Source: Spirochaetota bacterium
GTDB lineage: Bacteria; Spirochaetota; UBA4802; JAFGDQ01
Direction of reading: 5' to 3'
Assembly: GCA_043803405.1 (NCBI GenBank)
Contig: JAZDKB010000009.1
Location: 128,001 to 192,000 of the forward strand
Length of the DNA stretch: 64,000 bases
Part shown: piece by piece, positions 52,801 to 62,328 of the stretch
Numbering within the stretch: the stretch's first letter is position 1
Layout of the letters: every line of letters begins with the position of its first letter
The notes under the pieces: generated by a model
The model's input: the letters and a program-made list of their open reading frames with translations, nothing else
Told to the model about the DNA's origin: nothing
Databases searched by the model: none
Program-made: the position numbers and the translations under genes

Positions 52801-55582
52801 GCCATGCGGTATGCAGAATGGCATTCGTACTGAAAAAAGCTTCGTATGGCAGACAAAGGATTGCAAATATTATTTGCGCAAAATGCCTGCCGAACGTGCG
52901 CATTGCGCCGTCGAAGTGCTGACTGAGGAGCACTTCATCCGGCTTTTGAAAAAATTCCGTTAGAGAGCTGATTAGCTGCGGAATAAATATAATTCCGATA
53001 ACCGACAAAGTCCATAACCATGGCAAAGGCAGTATCAGCCAGCCCGAAAGCAAAAGAAGCGTTAATGCCGTAGCCGTAAGACTGCGTCTCAGATTGTCAA
53101 ATATCTTCCACCTCGACAACAATGAGAGCGAATTTTTTTGGAAGCGCCCATCCTCGCCCGGAACACCCGGCAACAGCCACCGCAGTATCTGCCAGTCCCC
53201 GCGAATCCAGCGGCGCCGCCGGCTCACGTCGGCGCTGTAGCGTGACGGATATTCCTCGTATAACTGCACATCGCTTATCAGCCCTGAACGAGCATAGCAC
53301 CCCTCAATAAGATCATGACTTAAAATTCTATTCTCAGGAAAACGTCCTTTAAGCACCTGTTCGAACGCGTCAATATCATATATCCCCTTACCTATAAATG
53401 ATCCTTCACCGAAAAGATCCTGGTAAACATCGGAAACAACGCGCGTGTATGGATCAATTCCGGAATCGCTCCCGAACATACGACCGTACCCGGACCGGTT
53501 TGAGCCCGGCAGGTTCATGGATACACGCGGTTGAAGGATTCCGTATCCGGCGGAGATGCGTTGTTTCCGTTCATCATATTGCGGCCGGTTCAACACATGC
53601 GACATGGCACCTGCAAGCTGCCGCGCCGAATCACGGGACAGCTGTGTATCCGCGTCGAGAGTGATGACATATTTTATTTTTGATAATTCCTTTATGTTCC
53701 CGACGATAATGGAAAAGTCGGATTTTGCACCTCCGCGGAGAAAAGAATTCAATGCTGCAAGCTTTCCGCGTTTCCGCTCGTAACCCATCCAGACTTGTTC
53801 CTTTGAATTCCATTGACGCGGACGATGAAAAAGACAAAAGACACCGGATTTCGAACCTGTGTACTTTTCATTCAACTCTTCGATTCTTTGCCGTACCAGA
53901 GATGATAGCTGTTCGTCATCCGGAAGACTTTTTTCGGATGCGTCACGAAAATCGGTTAACAGGCTAAAGTAAAGGTTTTCGTCCCGGTTTGCAAGAAACC
54001 GGACTTCAAGGGCATTCACCATCTGCTCAATGTTCCCGATGCTTGAGAGCATAGCAGGAACAACAACCAGGGTTTGCTCATCCTGCGGAATTCCTTTGGT
54101 AAAATCCATTCGCGGCAGCGGACGGGGCGTAACAAGACGTGTTGCAAACCAGTTCGCCAGTGTTATCGCTAACTGGCTTACGGACAAAAGTAAAAGTATA
54201 GCAAGGATCCACAGCGGAAATCCGTGCAATCCGTTATAATAAGCTTTTGCGAGCAATCCCGCAGTTGAGATCACTGTAATAAGTATTATAAAGCCGAGAT
54301 AGAGAAGCAAAGGGAACCGCCTGCCGGCTTTTTGAATGGTCTCCAGTACGGAAAATCGCGTCCCTGTCCGACGTTCAAGCTGCTCCAGCCCTTTATCTAT
54401 CAGGTAAAAGCCCACATGAGCCGCTCTACAGTCGCTGCGGTTTTCCTCAGCCGCGCTGTTCTTCGCAAGCCGTATCGCCTCGCGGGCAACCCCGATTTCT
54501 GATAAAGTGCTATGCTTTGCTATTTTTTCCACTACGTGCCGGTAACGGTCACGAGTTGGGAAATCCATCCTGCTGTATACGCCGCAAGGGTCCTCCATGA
54601 GCATTGCTTCCACAACGCTCATACTCTCAACGAACTCGCGCCAGTCCATTGCGCCCAGAAAACGGAGGCCGCCGATGCTGTTGCTTATGGATTGCTGATC
54701 AGCAGCCTGCTGCTGATTCTCCGACTGAACCAGTTGCTCAATCGTCAGGAATGATTCTGACAGCTGCTGCTCAATCCATGTGAGCGGCAATGCCAGTGCC
54801 GGCCCCAATCCCTGCAGACGACGGGTTAGCTCCGCAACAAATGAACTTACGATGGGCGGGTTTGACCGCGCCATGTCTGCAACCATAAGGATCAGGCTTT
54901 TGGGGTCATTTTCAGCAGTCTCCGTTATCCTGTCTGCCCAGTAATCGGCAAGATTCCGGTTTATTCTGTCCGCAGCAATCCGGGCTGAAACACGACGGAG
55001 ATTCTCAATCAGCGCCAGGCGCAGCATGATGGGAATTGCCCATAATTCCCCCAGATGCAGTGCGCTGACCTTCTGGTAGGCGGCCACAAAACTGCTTAGG
55101 TTTTCAATATCCACGCGGCCATCGCCGTGAGAAATAATCTCCAGCGCGATGTCGTACACGCGCGGGAGCCCGGCCGACGGACCATTTTTTAAACGCGGCA
55201 GTCCCTTGCTGTAGCCCTTCGGCAAATGTCGCCTGGCTATACGAATCTGTTCTTCGATAAGATAAAAGTTGTCGAGAAGCCATTCCCCTGCAGGCGCAAT
55301 CCTCCTGTTCGACTTAATAGCCTCTGTCAGCAGATCACGGACTTCAAGGAGGACACCTTCGTTTTCAGCCAGCCTTGAGAGCAGGTACTCAGGATTATGG
55401 CCAGGGCTTAACGCATGTGAACCGGCAAGGATCTTGCCGTGCTGCTCCATTTGAGATGCGCTGAACAACTCTGATCGCAGCGGCGGTTCACCCCCGGCGT
55501 ATTTTTTTGATAAGCTGTTTCCGCGCAGACCCATCCATAACCCGGATATGCTTCCGATTATTCTTTTACCACTTATTTTCAA
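46841..55582 (-). CDS. Cyclic beta-1,2-glucan synthase (NdvB/Cgs; GT84 plus GH94 domains)
   Basis: 2913 aa; 'EWLLDNFY', 'GYERKRGKL', 'LSHDLIEG', 'RWIRGDWQ', 'SWSGSMFEYLMP', 'QSGGAFGFRDQLQD', 'GDWNDG', 'RENGGQYTH'. Confidence 0.93.
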   Translation of the reverse strand: MKISGKRIIGSISGLWMGLRGNSLSKKYAGGEPPLRSELFSASQMEQHGKILAGSHALSPGHNPEYLLSRLAENEGVLLEVRDLLTEAIKSNRRIAPAGEWLLDNFYLIEEQIRIARRHLPKGYSKGLPRLKNGPSAGLPRVYDIALEIISHGDGRVDIENLSSFVAAYQKVSALHLGELWAIPIMLRLALIENLRRVSARIAADRINRNLADYWADRITETAENDPKSLILMVADMARSNPPIVSSFVAELTRRLQGLGPALALPLTWIEQQLSESFLTIEQLVQSENQQQAADQQSISNSIGGLRFLGAMDWREFVESMSVVEAMLMEDPCGVYSRMDFPTRDRYRHVVEKIAKHSTLSEIGVAREAIRLAKNSAAEENRSDCRAAHVGFYLIDKGLEQLERRTGTRFSVLETIQKAGRRFPLLLYLGFIILITVISTAGLLAKAYYNGLHGFPLWILAILLLLSVSQLAITLANWFATRLVTPRPLPRMDFTKGIPQDEQTLVVVPAMLSSIGNIEQMVNALEVRFLANRDENLYFSLLTDFRDASEKSLPDDEQLSSLVRQRIEELNEKYTGSKSGVFCLFHRPRQWNSKEQVWMGYERKRGKLAALNSFLRGGAKSDFSIIVGNIKELSKIKYVITLDADTQLSRDSARQLAGAMSHVLNRPQYDERKQRISAGYGILQPRVSMNLPGSNRSGYGRMFGSDSGIDPYTRVVSDVYQDLFGEGSFIGKGIYDIDAFEQVLKGRFPENRILSHDLIEGCYARSGLISDVQLYEEYPSRYSADVSRRRRWIRGDWQILRWLLPGVPGEDGRFQKNSLSLLSRWKIFDNLRRSLTATALTLLLLSGWLILPLPWLWTLSVIGIIFIPQLISSLTEFFQKPDEVLLSQHFDGAMRTFGRHFAQIIFAILCLPYEAFFSTNAILHTAWRMLITRKHLLEWNPSGESEASGRTDFAGSLRAMWIAPLIAAATAYYLAFSRPYVLFIALPVLILWFLSPVFTWWISRPFARQEAKLSAGQIVFLRRISRKTWAFFETFVGEQDNWLPPDNLQEDPVAVIAHRTSPTNMGLALLANLSAWDFGYINSRQLIERTGKAFHTMENLERFRGHFYNWYDTESLKPLLPMYVSTVDSGNLAAHLLTLQQGLIKLPDTKIIGPQLFDGLRDTLNVFMDAVGENRPAGLVQLQKYLESVCVSQPDTLEAAREIFDKLMTFDLDNIQGFDPASGSQAGWWARAFAEQCRAVLDDLTLFVPWTGQPLFPNNLSSYTGFGGIPTLRQIADLDAESMPFIKDQSPNKKTTGESERVNELTDLIRTASKHAAERITVIEKLVIQCRELARMEYAFLFDESRHLLAIGYNVSGNRRDGSYYDLLASEARISSFVAIAQGQLPQENWFALGRLLTTAGGEPVLLSWSGSMFEYLMPLLVMPTYENSLLYQTCKAAVARQIEYGKKIGVPWGISESGYNMIDIHFNYQYRAFGVPGLGLKRGLTSDTVIAPYASALALMVAPSEACINLEELSALGAEGKYGFYEAVDYTPGRIPRGQSSAIVRSFMAHHQGMSFLSLAYLILDRQMQKRFESDLSFQATMPLLQERVPKAMAFYSNKTEFSKAELHSALTDVDEMPIRVYDSPDTPMPEVQLLSNGRYHVMITNAGGGFSRWKDMAVTRWREDGTCDNWGTFCYIRDLASEEFWSTSYQPALKASKNYEAIFSEGRAEFRRRDYDFDTYTEIAVSPEDDIELRRITITNRGRTRKTIDITSYAEVVLANQASDAMHPAFSNLFVETEIVRRKQAIFCTRRPRSTEEHPPIMFHLMVVHGAETGEVSYETDRMRFIGRGNTLIHPEAMSNLSPLSGTEGPVLDPVVAIRNQIILNPEKQVTINIVTGVGETRDITLSLVEKYRDRNLADRVFNLAWTHSQVLLRQINAVEADAQLYGHLAASVIYANSSLRAAPGILIRNKRQQSGLWGYSISGDIPIVLLQIEDQANINLVRQLIQAYTYWRLKGLAVDLVIWNEDHAGYRQNLQDQITALIAAGNNANAADRPGSIYVRLADQISEEDRILFQSVARVVIIDSRGTLSEQMSRRNITEETVPDFIPVRTKSHDLSDVAALPRQDLIFYNGLGGFTPDGREYVISTSRGQLTPAPWANVLANPDFGTVISESGTGYTWSENAHEFRLTPWYNDPVSDSGGEAFYIRDEDRGHYWSPMPLPCRGHTPYITRHGFGYSVFEHTERGINTEVWVYVAIDAPVKFTVIKVRNKSDRIRRLSVTGFAEWVLGDLRAKSAMHIVTEIEPQSGALLARNPYSTEFSSRIAFFNADDTTRTVSGDRREFLGRNGTMSNPAAMTRSRLSGKTGASFDPCGTIRVSFELAARGEREIVFTMGAVRNAADAGNLIHRFWGSVAARGALEAVWQYWKHTLGAVNVETPDRSVNILANGWLLYQTIACRLWARSGYYQSGGAFGFRDQLQDVMAVIHSEPRLVRGHLLLCAAHQFKEGDVQHWWHPPSGRGVRTHCSDDYLWLPLAVARYVLTTGDTGVLDETIHFIEGRPVNADEDSYYDLPGMSGETAGLYDHCVRAIMRSLESFGAHGLPLIGSGDWNDGMNKVGENGKGESVWLGFFLYKVFIRFNEIARLHNDLPFAERCLKEAGELKKNIEQNAWDGEWYLRAFFDDGSPLGSAHNAECRIDSIAQSWSVLSGAGDARRSRKAMDAVEKHLVRRDRSLVQLLDPPFDKSNLNPGYIKGYVPGVRENGGQYTHGAVWTAMAFAALGDRDRAWEILSIINPVSHGLSPETIETYKAEPYVVAADVYAVSPHIGRGGWTWYTGSAGWMYRLIMESLLGLRLEVDKLRFEPCLPADWETFQMHYRYRETIYHIIIRQMPAGSIETILTIDGVERFDNIIPLVDDRQEHAVELIIVGAAGGE

Positions 55583-56130
55583 AATTTATGTCTCCTTCTG
55601 AGAAGCGGATTCTCTGTAAACAGGATAGCAACGGCGATTGCTTTGAATTATCTTTTACCGGCATCCAGTGAATATTCACAGACACTTGTTTTAAACTCCG
55701 GTTCCGATAGGTATGCTTTGCCACGACATGACAAAAGCGAATTTACGAATGGCGGAAGGATTGCATGTAGCAGATTATTTTAAGAAATAGAGAACGAAAC
55801 AATAACCGCATAAAATCCGGAGTATAGTTCCGGAAAACATTAATCTTCACTCTTTTTTCACTGAAATTATCTTTTGCTTTATCTTATTTGTAGACTGAAA
55901 TATTGGGGAAGTCAACATAAATCCCTGATTCTATATAATTTTTCAAAAATTAAAATCTAAACAGATTAAGGATATTTAAGGGAGATATTAAATTTTGTAT
56001 TCGATGCAGAGCAGTAGTCATTTTCATGGAAGGCTATGGCAATCAGCCGCATTTTACAATATCTGCTGCGTTTATAACAATAAATACAGTGGATATTAAA
56101 CCGCGCTTAACAATAAATCCGCAATTTTTT

Positions 56131-56934
56131 TTAAATCGTTTCAATTATATCTATCTTTTTTAATAAACCCATTTCGGCCGCAATATCAAAATAGAATTTG
56201 AGCGCTTCTTTAAGTTCTTTGGTAAATTCGTACTGGAACAGGCTGTAATAAAAATCAATATTATAAACAATGTCAGGATAACGTTTCTTTGCTTTTTTCA
56301 CTACCATATCTTTTTCGGCTTTCATGCAATCTAGCGATTTATTGTACGAGCCGATTATGTCCGCAATCTGCTTTTTAAATGTATCGAGCGCGGATTTCTG
56401 AACAGCAAAAACCGCGAACACAACAGGGTAGCCTGTCTTTCTGAACCATAACTCGCCCAGATCGTATTTGTATGCTATGGGCACAGGAAGCGTCATCATT
56501 GCTTCATTGCCGATCAGAAGCGCTGCATCAAAGTTGTTCATATCCGGCAAAGGAGGCGAAGGAACATAGCTCGGTTTTATTCCGTAAAATCTTTCGAGCA
56601 ATATCTTCATCAAAGCGACAGATGTTGCCGAAGCGTTTGTAACCCCGATCGCTTTGCCGTCCAGCACTTCAATGGGCACTTTGCTTACCAGGTTTACTGA
56701 ACCGACATAGCCTACAGAGCTTAAGCAGAAGTCCGTGAGCAGCGCAGCATGTCCGACGATGTCGGGGTACGCGCCAGCGGATATGGGGCTCATGTCAAGC
56801 TCCCTTAGCATCATCATCCTGTTCAGATTGCTCGGGTAACCGGGAAATATTTTTACATCTGCAACCTTGTCTTTTTCGAACATGTGGTAATAGAACGGGT
56901 AACAGTTTAAGTAATCTATATAACCAAGCTTCAT
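56131..56934 (-). CDS. mqnA: Chorismate dehydratase (futalosine pathway)
   Basis: 'LGYIDYLNCYP', 'SATSVAL', 'LLIGNEA', 'DLGELW...GYPVVFAV'. Confidence 0.88.
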   Translation of the reverse strand: MKLGYIDYLNCYPFYYHMFEKDKVADVKIFPGYPSNLNRMMMLRELDMSPISAGAYPDIVGHAALLTDFCLSSVGYVGSVNLVSKVPIEVLDGKAIGVTNASATSVALMKILLERFYGIKPSYVPSPPLPDMNNFDAALLIGNEAMMTLPVPIAYKYDLGELWFRKTGYPVVFAVFAVQKSALDTFKKQIADIIGSYNKSLDCMKAEKDMVVKKAKKRYPDIVYNIDFYYSLFQYEFTKELKEALKFYFDIAAEMGLLKKIDIIETI

Positions 56935-56982
56935 TTGATTTATACCTTATTGATTTTAACATCATCCCCATACTCCACTTTT

Positions 56983-57023
56983 CCCACTCTCCTTTTTTTA
57001 GGAGTGGGGGCTGGGGAGTGAGG
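56983..57023. repeat. CCCACTCTCC...GGAGTGGGGGCTGGGGAGTGAGG palindromic repeat
   Basis: Same motif family as 32850-32900. Confidence 0.6.
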
Positions 57024-57096
57024 TCAAAAGATAACCTTAGTACTTTTTACACACCCTTGGGATTCGGAGGCTATAATATTCTCTGTCCTTCTTTCA

Positions 57097-58191
57097 TTAT
57101 ACCTTCTCATACAAGGCAGTTGTTCTGACCGGCTTAAGGCCAGCGTCCCCGATAAGCCTCACGAGAAAAGGCTCTGTGCCGTAATCCGGCGTCTCTGCGC
57201 CTGCGGCATGCACAACTTTCTCATTCTGATATGTCCCGCCCAGTTCGTCTACTCCGAAATGAAGTAAAAGCTGTGCCATCTTATCTCCAAGGTACATCCA
57301 CAGGGCTTTTATGTGCGGGACATTATGCAGGATAATCCTCCCTGCCGCATATATCCTTATATCATCATATCCTGTTGAATCCCTGCGTTTTGATTTTATC
57401 TGCGTATTTTCTTCGTGAAACAAAAGAGGCACGAAAGTCTTGAATCCGCCGGTCTCATCCTGCAGGCCGCGTATTTTAAAAAGATGATCTATAATGTCAT
57501 CAACGCTCTCAAGCTGATTGTAAAGCATTGTCGCGTTTGTCTTAAGGCCGAAGCCATGCGCAACCTTCATTACTTCCAGCCATCTCTTGCCCGATATCTT
57601 TTTTGGCGATATAATATCGCGTACGTGAGGCGAAAATATCTCCGCTCCTCCGCCGGGAAGCGCGTCAAGTCCTGCGTCGATCAGCTTTTTAAAAACTCTC
57701 TCAAGCGGCAGATTGTTGAGCCTGGCAAAATAATCGTACTCCACTGCTGTAAAAGCGACAATAACGATACCGGGCTTAACCGCTTTTATCCTGCTGAGCA
57801 TTGCTTCAAAATAATCTAGCTTAAGTTCAGGATTAAGCCCTCCGACTATATGCACTTCGTCAATCCCTGCTTTTACAGCGCTTCGCACGCGCGCTTCTAT
57901 TTCTTCGGGTGACAGCAGAAAAGCGCGCTCATCGCCCCTGTCGCACGAATACGCGCATAGCGGGCAGCGAAGCTCGCACACATTCGTGTAATTGAGATTC
58001 ATGTTCACGCCGTAATAGGCGCGGTTGCCGTGGCGTTCGGTTCTCGCGTAGTGGGCAATCGCGCCCAGTTCAAGAATATCGTTCGTCGTAAGCAGAACGC
58101 GGGCATCCGCTTCGTTAACAGGCACTTTAGCAAGTACTTTCTCCGCGATTGCGCAAAGCTCCGGATTTTTTATGTCGTCAGGCAACATCAT
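57097..58191 (-). CDS. mqnE: Aminofutalosine synthase (CofH-like radical SAM)
   Basis: 'LNYTNVCELRCPLCAY', 'EVHIVGGL', 'PGGGAEIF', 'TNATMLY'; adjacent to mqnA. Confidence 0.85.
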   Translation of the reverse strand: MMLPDDIKNPELCAIAEKVLAKVPVNEADARVLLTTNDILELGAIAHYARTERHGNRAYYGVNMNLNYTNVCELRCPLCAYSCDRGDERAFLLSPEEIEARVRSAVKAGIDEVHIVGGLNPELKLDYFEAMLSRIKAVKPGIVIVAFTAVEYDYFARLNNLPLERVFKKLIDAGLDALPGGGAEIFSPHVRDIISPKKISGKRWLEVMKVAHGFGLKTNATMLYNQLESVDDIIDHLFKIRGLQDETGGFKTFVPLLFHEENTQIKSKRRDSTGYDDIRIYAAGRIILHNVPHIKALWMYLGDKMAQLLLHFGVDELGGTYQNEKVVHAAGAETPDYGTEPFLVRLIGDAGLKPVRTTALYEKV

Positions 58192-58347
58192 ATTTTTTTT
58201 TATCTTAAAAAAATACTTTTAATTCTAGTGGTCAAATTATTTATTCAACATAATAAAGATACAAATATATTTTAAAATAATTTTTTAATTTTTGCCTTTT
58301 TTATATTGCGGATATTATTCCTTTACCAAAATGAATATTGAATTTTT

Positions 58348-59019
58348 ATGAAAGATATAATGAAAATTTATGGCTCCCTTTTTAAATTATACGGTCCTCA
58401 GGGCTGGTGGCCTCTGCTTTGCCTTAGTAAGTCTGATAAAAATGAACAAAATAATTTTTCTAAAGGTTATCATTCTGGAGATTATTCATATCCTAAGAAC
58501 AATTCGCAGAGATTCGAAATCTGCGCAGGCGCAATTTTAACGCAAAATACGGCATGGCTTAACGTCGAAAAAGCGCTTATTAATCTATATAAGCAGGATC
58601 TGTTAAACGCAAAGAGCATCAGTAATATAAACATTGAAAAATTAAAGGAGCATATACGGCCTGCAGGATATTATAATCAGAAAGCAGTTTACCTAAAGGA
58701 GCTCGCAGTATTCTACTTATCCTTAAAAGGAAAAACACCTTCCAGGGATTTGCTGCTTTCTGTAAAAGGCATTGGACCTGAGACTGCTGATTCCATGCTT
58801 CTGTACGCTTTTAATCAGCCCGAATTCGTTGTAGATGCCTATACTAAACGAATGTTTTCTCATCTGGGATTCTTTGATAAAAATGCAAAGTACAATGAAA
58901 TAAAAGAGATGTTTGAAAAGAATCTCCCAAAAGAGACAATTTTATATCAGGAATATCATGCATTAATAGTGCAGCATGCCAAGAATAATTATTCGCGGAA
59001 AGTTAAGAGTGCTTCCTGA
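58348..59019 (+). CDS. Endonuclease III-related HhH-GPD DNA glycosylase (no C-terminal Fe-S cysteines)
   Basis: 'YGPQGWWP', 'GAILTQNTAW', 'VKGIGPETAD', 'FVVDAYTKR'. Confidence 0.88.
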   Translation: MKDIMKIYGSLFKLYGPQGWWPLLCLSKSDKNEQNNFSKGYHSGDYSYPKNNSQRFEICAGAILTQNTAWLNVEKALINLYKQDLLNAKSISNINIEKLKEHIRPAGYYNQKAVYLKELAVFYLSLKGKTPSRDLLLSVKGIGPETADSMLLYAFNQPEFVVDAYTKRMFSHLGFFDKNAKYNEIKEMFEKNLPKETILYQEYHALIVQHAKNNYSRKVKSAS

Positions 59020-59179
59020 AATTCACTAAATTTAACGCAATGCGCGACTTTCCCAGCGGGATAAAATATTAAATCAATAAAAAAAGAATTGTATTATTCA
59101 CAAATACATATAGTAATATACAATAATCATATAACATACTAAAGATTGGGCGCTTTACGGCTGATAATATAAGTATATT

Positions 59180-60865
59180 ATGAGTAAGGAAATTAAAGTA
59201 TTAATTGTAGATGACGACAGGCTTATAAGAGTAGCTGTAAAACGCATCCTCGAGAAGAATAATCATAATTTTTCGGTTGATGAAGCGACGAACAGCTCGC
59301 ACTTGCTTGAAACCCTGAAAGCAAAAAAATACGACTGCATAATTCTTGACTATGTACTTGCGGACACAACCGGCATCGATGTCCTGAAACAACTCAGCGA
59401 GTATAAAATATACACACCCGTTATCATGATGACGGGACAGGGCGACGAGCTTATCGCGGTTAAAGCTCTTAAAGCCGGCGCTTACGATTATCTTCCTAAG
59501 TCCATCCTTTCCAACAATGAAGCAGCAGAAATTCTATCTTACACAATACAAAACGCAATTAACCTGTTTAAAATAAAAAACGAAAGGGAAAGAACAATGA
59601 ACGCTCTGCAAAAGAGCGAAGAAAGATACCGCAGCCTGATTGAGCACTCCCCGATGCTGATACTTCGATTCTTCCCCGATGATAAGCTGATATCCTTTGT
59701 CAACGACGGCTATTGCACTTATTATAACACTACAAGAGCAGACATGATCGGTAAAACCTTCTATGAATGCATATTCGAAGAAGACCCAGAAATGACCGAC
59801 AAAATCATTAATTCATTAATTATAAAAAATCCCTTTGCAAGCTTTGAACATTCCAGCGGCAAAGAACCGGTGCGGTGGCAGTTATGGACATTACAGGCGC
59901 TGTACGGCAAACAGGGAAAAATCCTTGAGTACCAGTGCATCGGCGAGGACATCACTCCTATAAAGAACGCCGAGAAAGACCTTTATAATCAGAAACTATA
60001 TTTCCAGTCCATACTCGATTCGCAGGACAACATTATCATTGTAACGGATAAAAAAGAGATCCTTGAAGCGAACCTGAGCTTTTTAAAATTCTTCGGCTAC
60101 CAGAGCCTTTCCGCGTTTAAAAAAGAACATAAAGATATAATTGAGCTTGCTGTAAACATTCCGGGATATATTACAAAAAAGAACAGTTTGCACTGGATAG
60201 ATTCTATTTTAAAAAATCCGAATGCCGAAAGATTAATATCCTTTAAATATGAAGGCCTGGAATATCCTAAAATATTTTCCTTAACCATCAGCCAGCTTTC
60301 GCTCGAACGCGAAGTCTATGTTGTTACTTTTTCCGATGTAACAGAACTGGAACAGAAAAGCAAAACATTTGAGGAGAAAGCATCGATTGACGCATTAACC
60401 GGAATATTCAATAAAGATAAATTTGATGAAATGCTGGCCTTTAATGTAATTTCGGCAAAAAAATACAACTCGAGTTTATCATTAATATTTTTCGATATCG
60501 ACCATTTTAAAAACATCAATGATACGTACGGGCACCAGGCCGGAGACGATGTGCTTCAGCAGCTTGCAGGAGTAATAAAGAACTGCATAAGGAAGTTCGA
60601 CATCTTTGCCAGATGGGGCGGCGAGGAATTTACAGTGCTTTTGCCGAAGACCGATCTCGACAATGCGCTTAAGGCAGCGGAAAAATTCCGCAAACAGGTT
60701 ATGAACACTGAATTTAAAACGATCAGGCATTTGACTTGCAGCTTCGGCGTTGCAAAGCTTCAGGAAGACGACAATCCGGACAAGCTGGTTGCCAGAGCGG
60801 ACAAGGCTCTTTACAAAGCAAAGGAAAGCGGCCGCAACCGCGTCGTTGGGCTTAAGTCGAAGTAA
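59180..60865 (+). CDS. Diguanylate cyclase (REC-PAS-GGDEF)
   Basis: REC 'LIVDDD', PAS, 'DIDHFKNINDTYGH', I-site RKFD, 'RWGGEEF'. Confidence 0.93.
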   Translation: MSKEIKVLIVDDDRLIRVAVKRILEKNNHNFSVDEATNSSHLLETLKAKKYDCIILDYVLADTTGIDVLKQLSEYKIYTPVIMMTGQGDELIAVKALKAGAYDYLPKSILSNNEAAEILSYTIQNAINLFKIKNERERTMNALQKSEERYRSLIEHSPMLILRFFPDDKLISFVNDGYCTYYNTTRADMIGKTFYECIFEEDPEMTDKIINSLIIKNPFASFEHSSGKEPVRWQLWTLQALYGKQGKILEYQCIGEDITPIKNAEKDLYNQKLYFQSILDSQDNIIIVTDKKEILEANLSFLKFFGYQSLSAFKKEHKDIIELAVNIPGYITKKNSLHWIDSILKNPNAERLISFKYEGLEYPKIFSLTISQLSLEREVYVVTFSDVTELEQKSKTFEEKASIDALTGIFNKDKFDEMLAFNVISAKKYNSSLSLIFFDIDHFKNINDTYGHQAGDDVLQQLAGVIKNCIRKFDIFARWGGEEFTVLLPKTDLDNALKAAEKFRKQVMNTEFKTIRHLTCSFGVAKLQEDDNPDKLVARADKALYKAKESGRNRVVGLKSK

Positions 60866-60870
60866 AAACA

Positions 60871-61638
60871 ATGAAAATTATCTCATGGAACGTTAACGGC
60901 ATCAGGGCCGTTTATAAAAAAGGCTGCCTTATGCCGCTCTTTAATGAAAACCCGGACATCCTGTGCCTGCAGGAAACAAAAGCCTCCGAAGAGCTGCTTG
61001 TAAAAGAACTCAGGAACATCGAAGGATACAGCTCGTATTTTTCGTCCGCTGAGAAGAAAGGCTATAGCGGCGTTTGCATTTATTCAAAAGAAAAACCGAA
61101 GAAGATCGAACACGGTTTCGGCATAAAGGAATTCGACTGCGAAGGAAGAATCCTTATCGCATATTATACTGATTTTGTTCTTTTTAATATCTATTATCCG
61201 AACGGAAAAGCTTCAAAAGAAAGGCTCAATTATAAAATGAATTTTTATAATGCATTTCTTGACTTTGCGGATAATCTTAAAAAAAATGGCAGCAGTATAA
61301 TCATGTGCGGAGATGTGAACACTGCCCACGCAGAGATCGATCTTGCGCGGCCGAAAGAAAACGAAACCACTTCGGGATTTCTTCCGGAAGAGAGAGAATG
61401 GATAGACAGGCTCATCTCGCACGGGTATATCGATACCTTCCGCATATTCACTAAGGAAGGCGGGCATTACTCGTGGTGGGACTACAAAACAGGCGCGCGG
61501 GAAAGGAACATAGGCTGGAGAATAGATTACTTTTTTGTAAGCGAAAGCATAAATAAAAAAATTAAATCGGCATTTATAATGAAAGAAATTATGGGCTCCG
61601 ATCACTGCCCTATAGGGATTGAATTCAATGGAAAATAA
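60871..61638 (+). CDS. xth: Exodeoxyribonuclease III
   Basis: 'ISWNVNGIRA', 'LCLQETK', 'GWRIDY', 'SDHCP'. Confidence 0.95.
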   Translation: MKIISWNVNGIRAVYKKGCLMPLFNENPDILCLQETKASEELLVKELRNIEGYSSYFSSAEKKGYSGVCIYSKEKPKKIEHGFGIKEFDCEGRILIAYYTDFVLFNIYYPNGKASKERLNYKMNFYNAFLDFADNLKKNGSSIIMCGDVNTAHAEIDLARPKENETTSGFLPEEREWIDRLISHGYIDTFRIFTKEGGHYSWWDYKTGARERNIGWRIDYFFVSESINKKIKSAFIMKEIMGSDHCPIGIEFNGK

Positions 61639-62308
61639 GGAACGAAAAAACGCGGGTACTGCAGCGGTTGCGCAGAGCCCATGGGACACACACTACTTAA
61701 AAACAAAATCCATACTCGCCTACCCGGACGAAAATCTTGTAAGAATGATTAAAGCATTTCTTATAGGCAAAAAACCGCATACACTTGCGTCTATTGATCT
61801 CGGATGCGGAACAGGCAGGCATCTTAAACTGCTTCACGAGTCCGGGTTCGACAATATTATGGGACTGGACACTAGCCTGAATGCCCTGGTCATGTGCAAA
61901 GGGCTTTACATACTGCCTCTCGTTCAGGGGAACAACATGTCTTTGCCTTTCAAAGACTCTGCTTTTGATGTGGCAATTTCGTGGGGCTCGCTTCACTACT
62001 GTGCAAAGGAACTTCTGAAACAGCAACTGAGCGAAATTCACCGCATAATGAAAAAAGGCGGACGCTTCTTCGGGACGCTCCGCTCCGATATGGACACGTA
62101 TTTGAAGACAGGTAAAAACATCGGGAATGATACGTGGGTTACGGACATTCCGGACATAAAGAATTCAGTAGTTTCTTTTTATAATGAAAGCGAACTGAAA
62201 GATGCGATGAGCATTTTCAGGGCATTCAAATACGGAACAATCGAAAGGACAATAATAGGCGACATGCAGAAAAGGATTTCACACTGGGTTTTCTGGGCAG
62301 ATAAATAA
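61628..62308 (+). CDS. Class I SAM-dependent methyltransferase
   Basis: 'YPDENLVR', 'IDLGCGTGRH', 'SWGSLHY'. Confidence 0.85.
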   Translation: MENKERKNAGTAAVAQSPWDTHYLKTKSILAYPDENLVRMIKAFLIGKKPHTLASIDLGCGTGRHLKLLHESGFDNIMGLDTSLNALVMCKGLYILPLVQGNNMSLPFKDSAFDVAISWGSLHYCAKELLKQQLSEIHRIMKKGGRFFGTLRSDMDTYLKTGKNIGNDTWVTDIPDIKNSVVSFYNESELKDAMSIFRAFKYGTIERTIIGDMQKRISHWVFWADK

Positions 62309-62328
62309 CGCCTGCGGAAGCTAAAGTT

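Noticed and set aside
44643..56020. CAGTAGTCA direct repeat as boundaries of a cgs island
   Set aside because: Only 9 bp exact with no integrase; could easily be chance.
55583..56130. Riboswitch in the long cgs leader
   Set aside because: No c-di-GMP, SAM, TPP, cobalamin or other consensus motif recognised.
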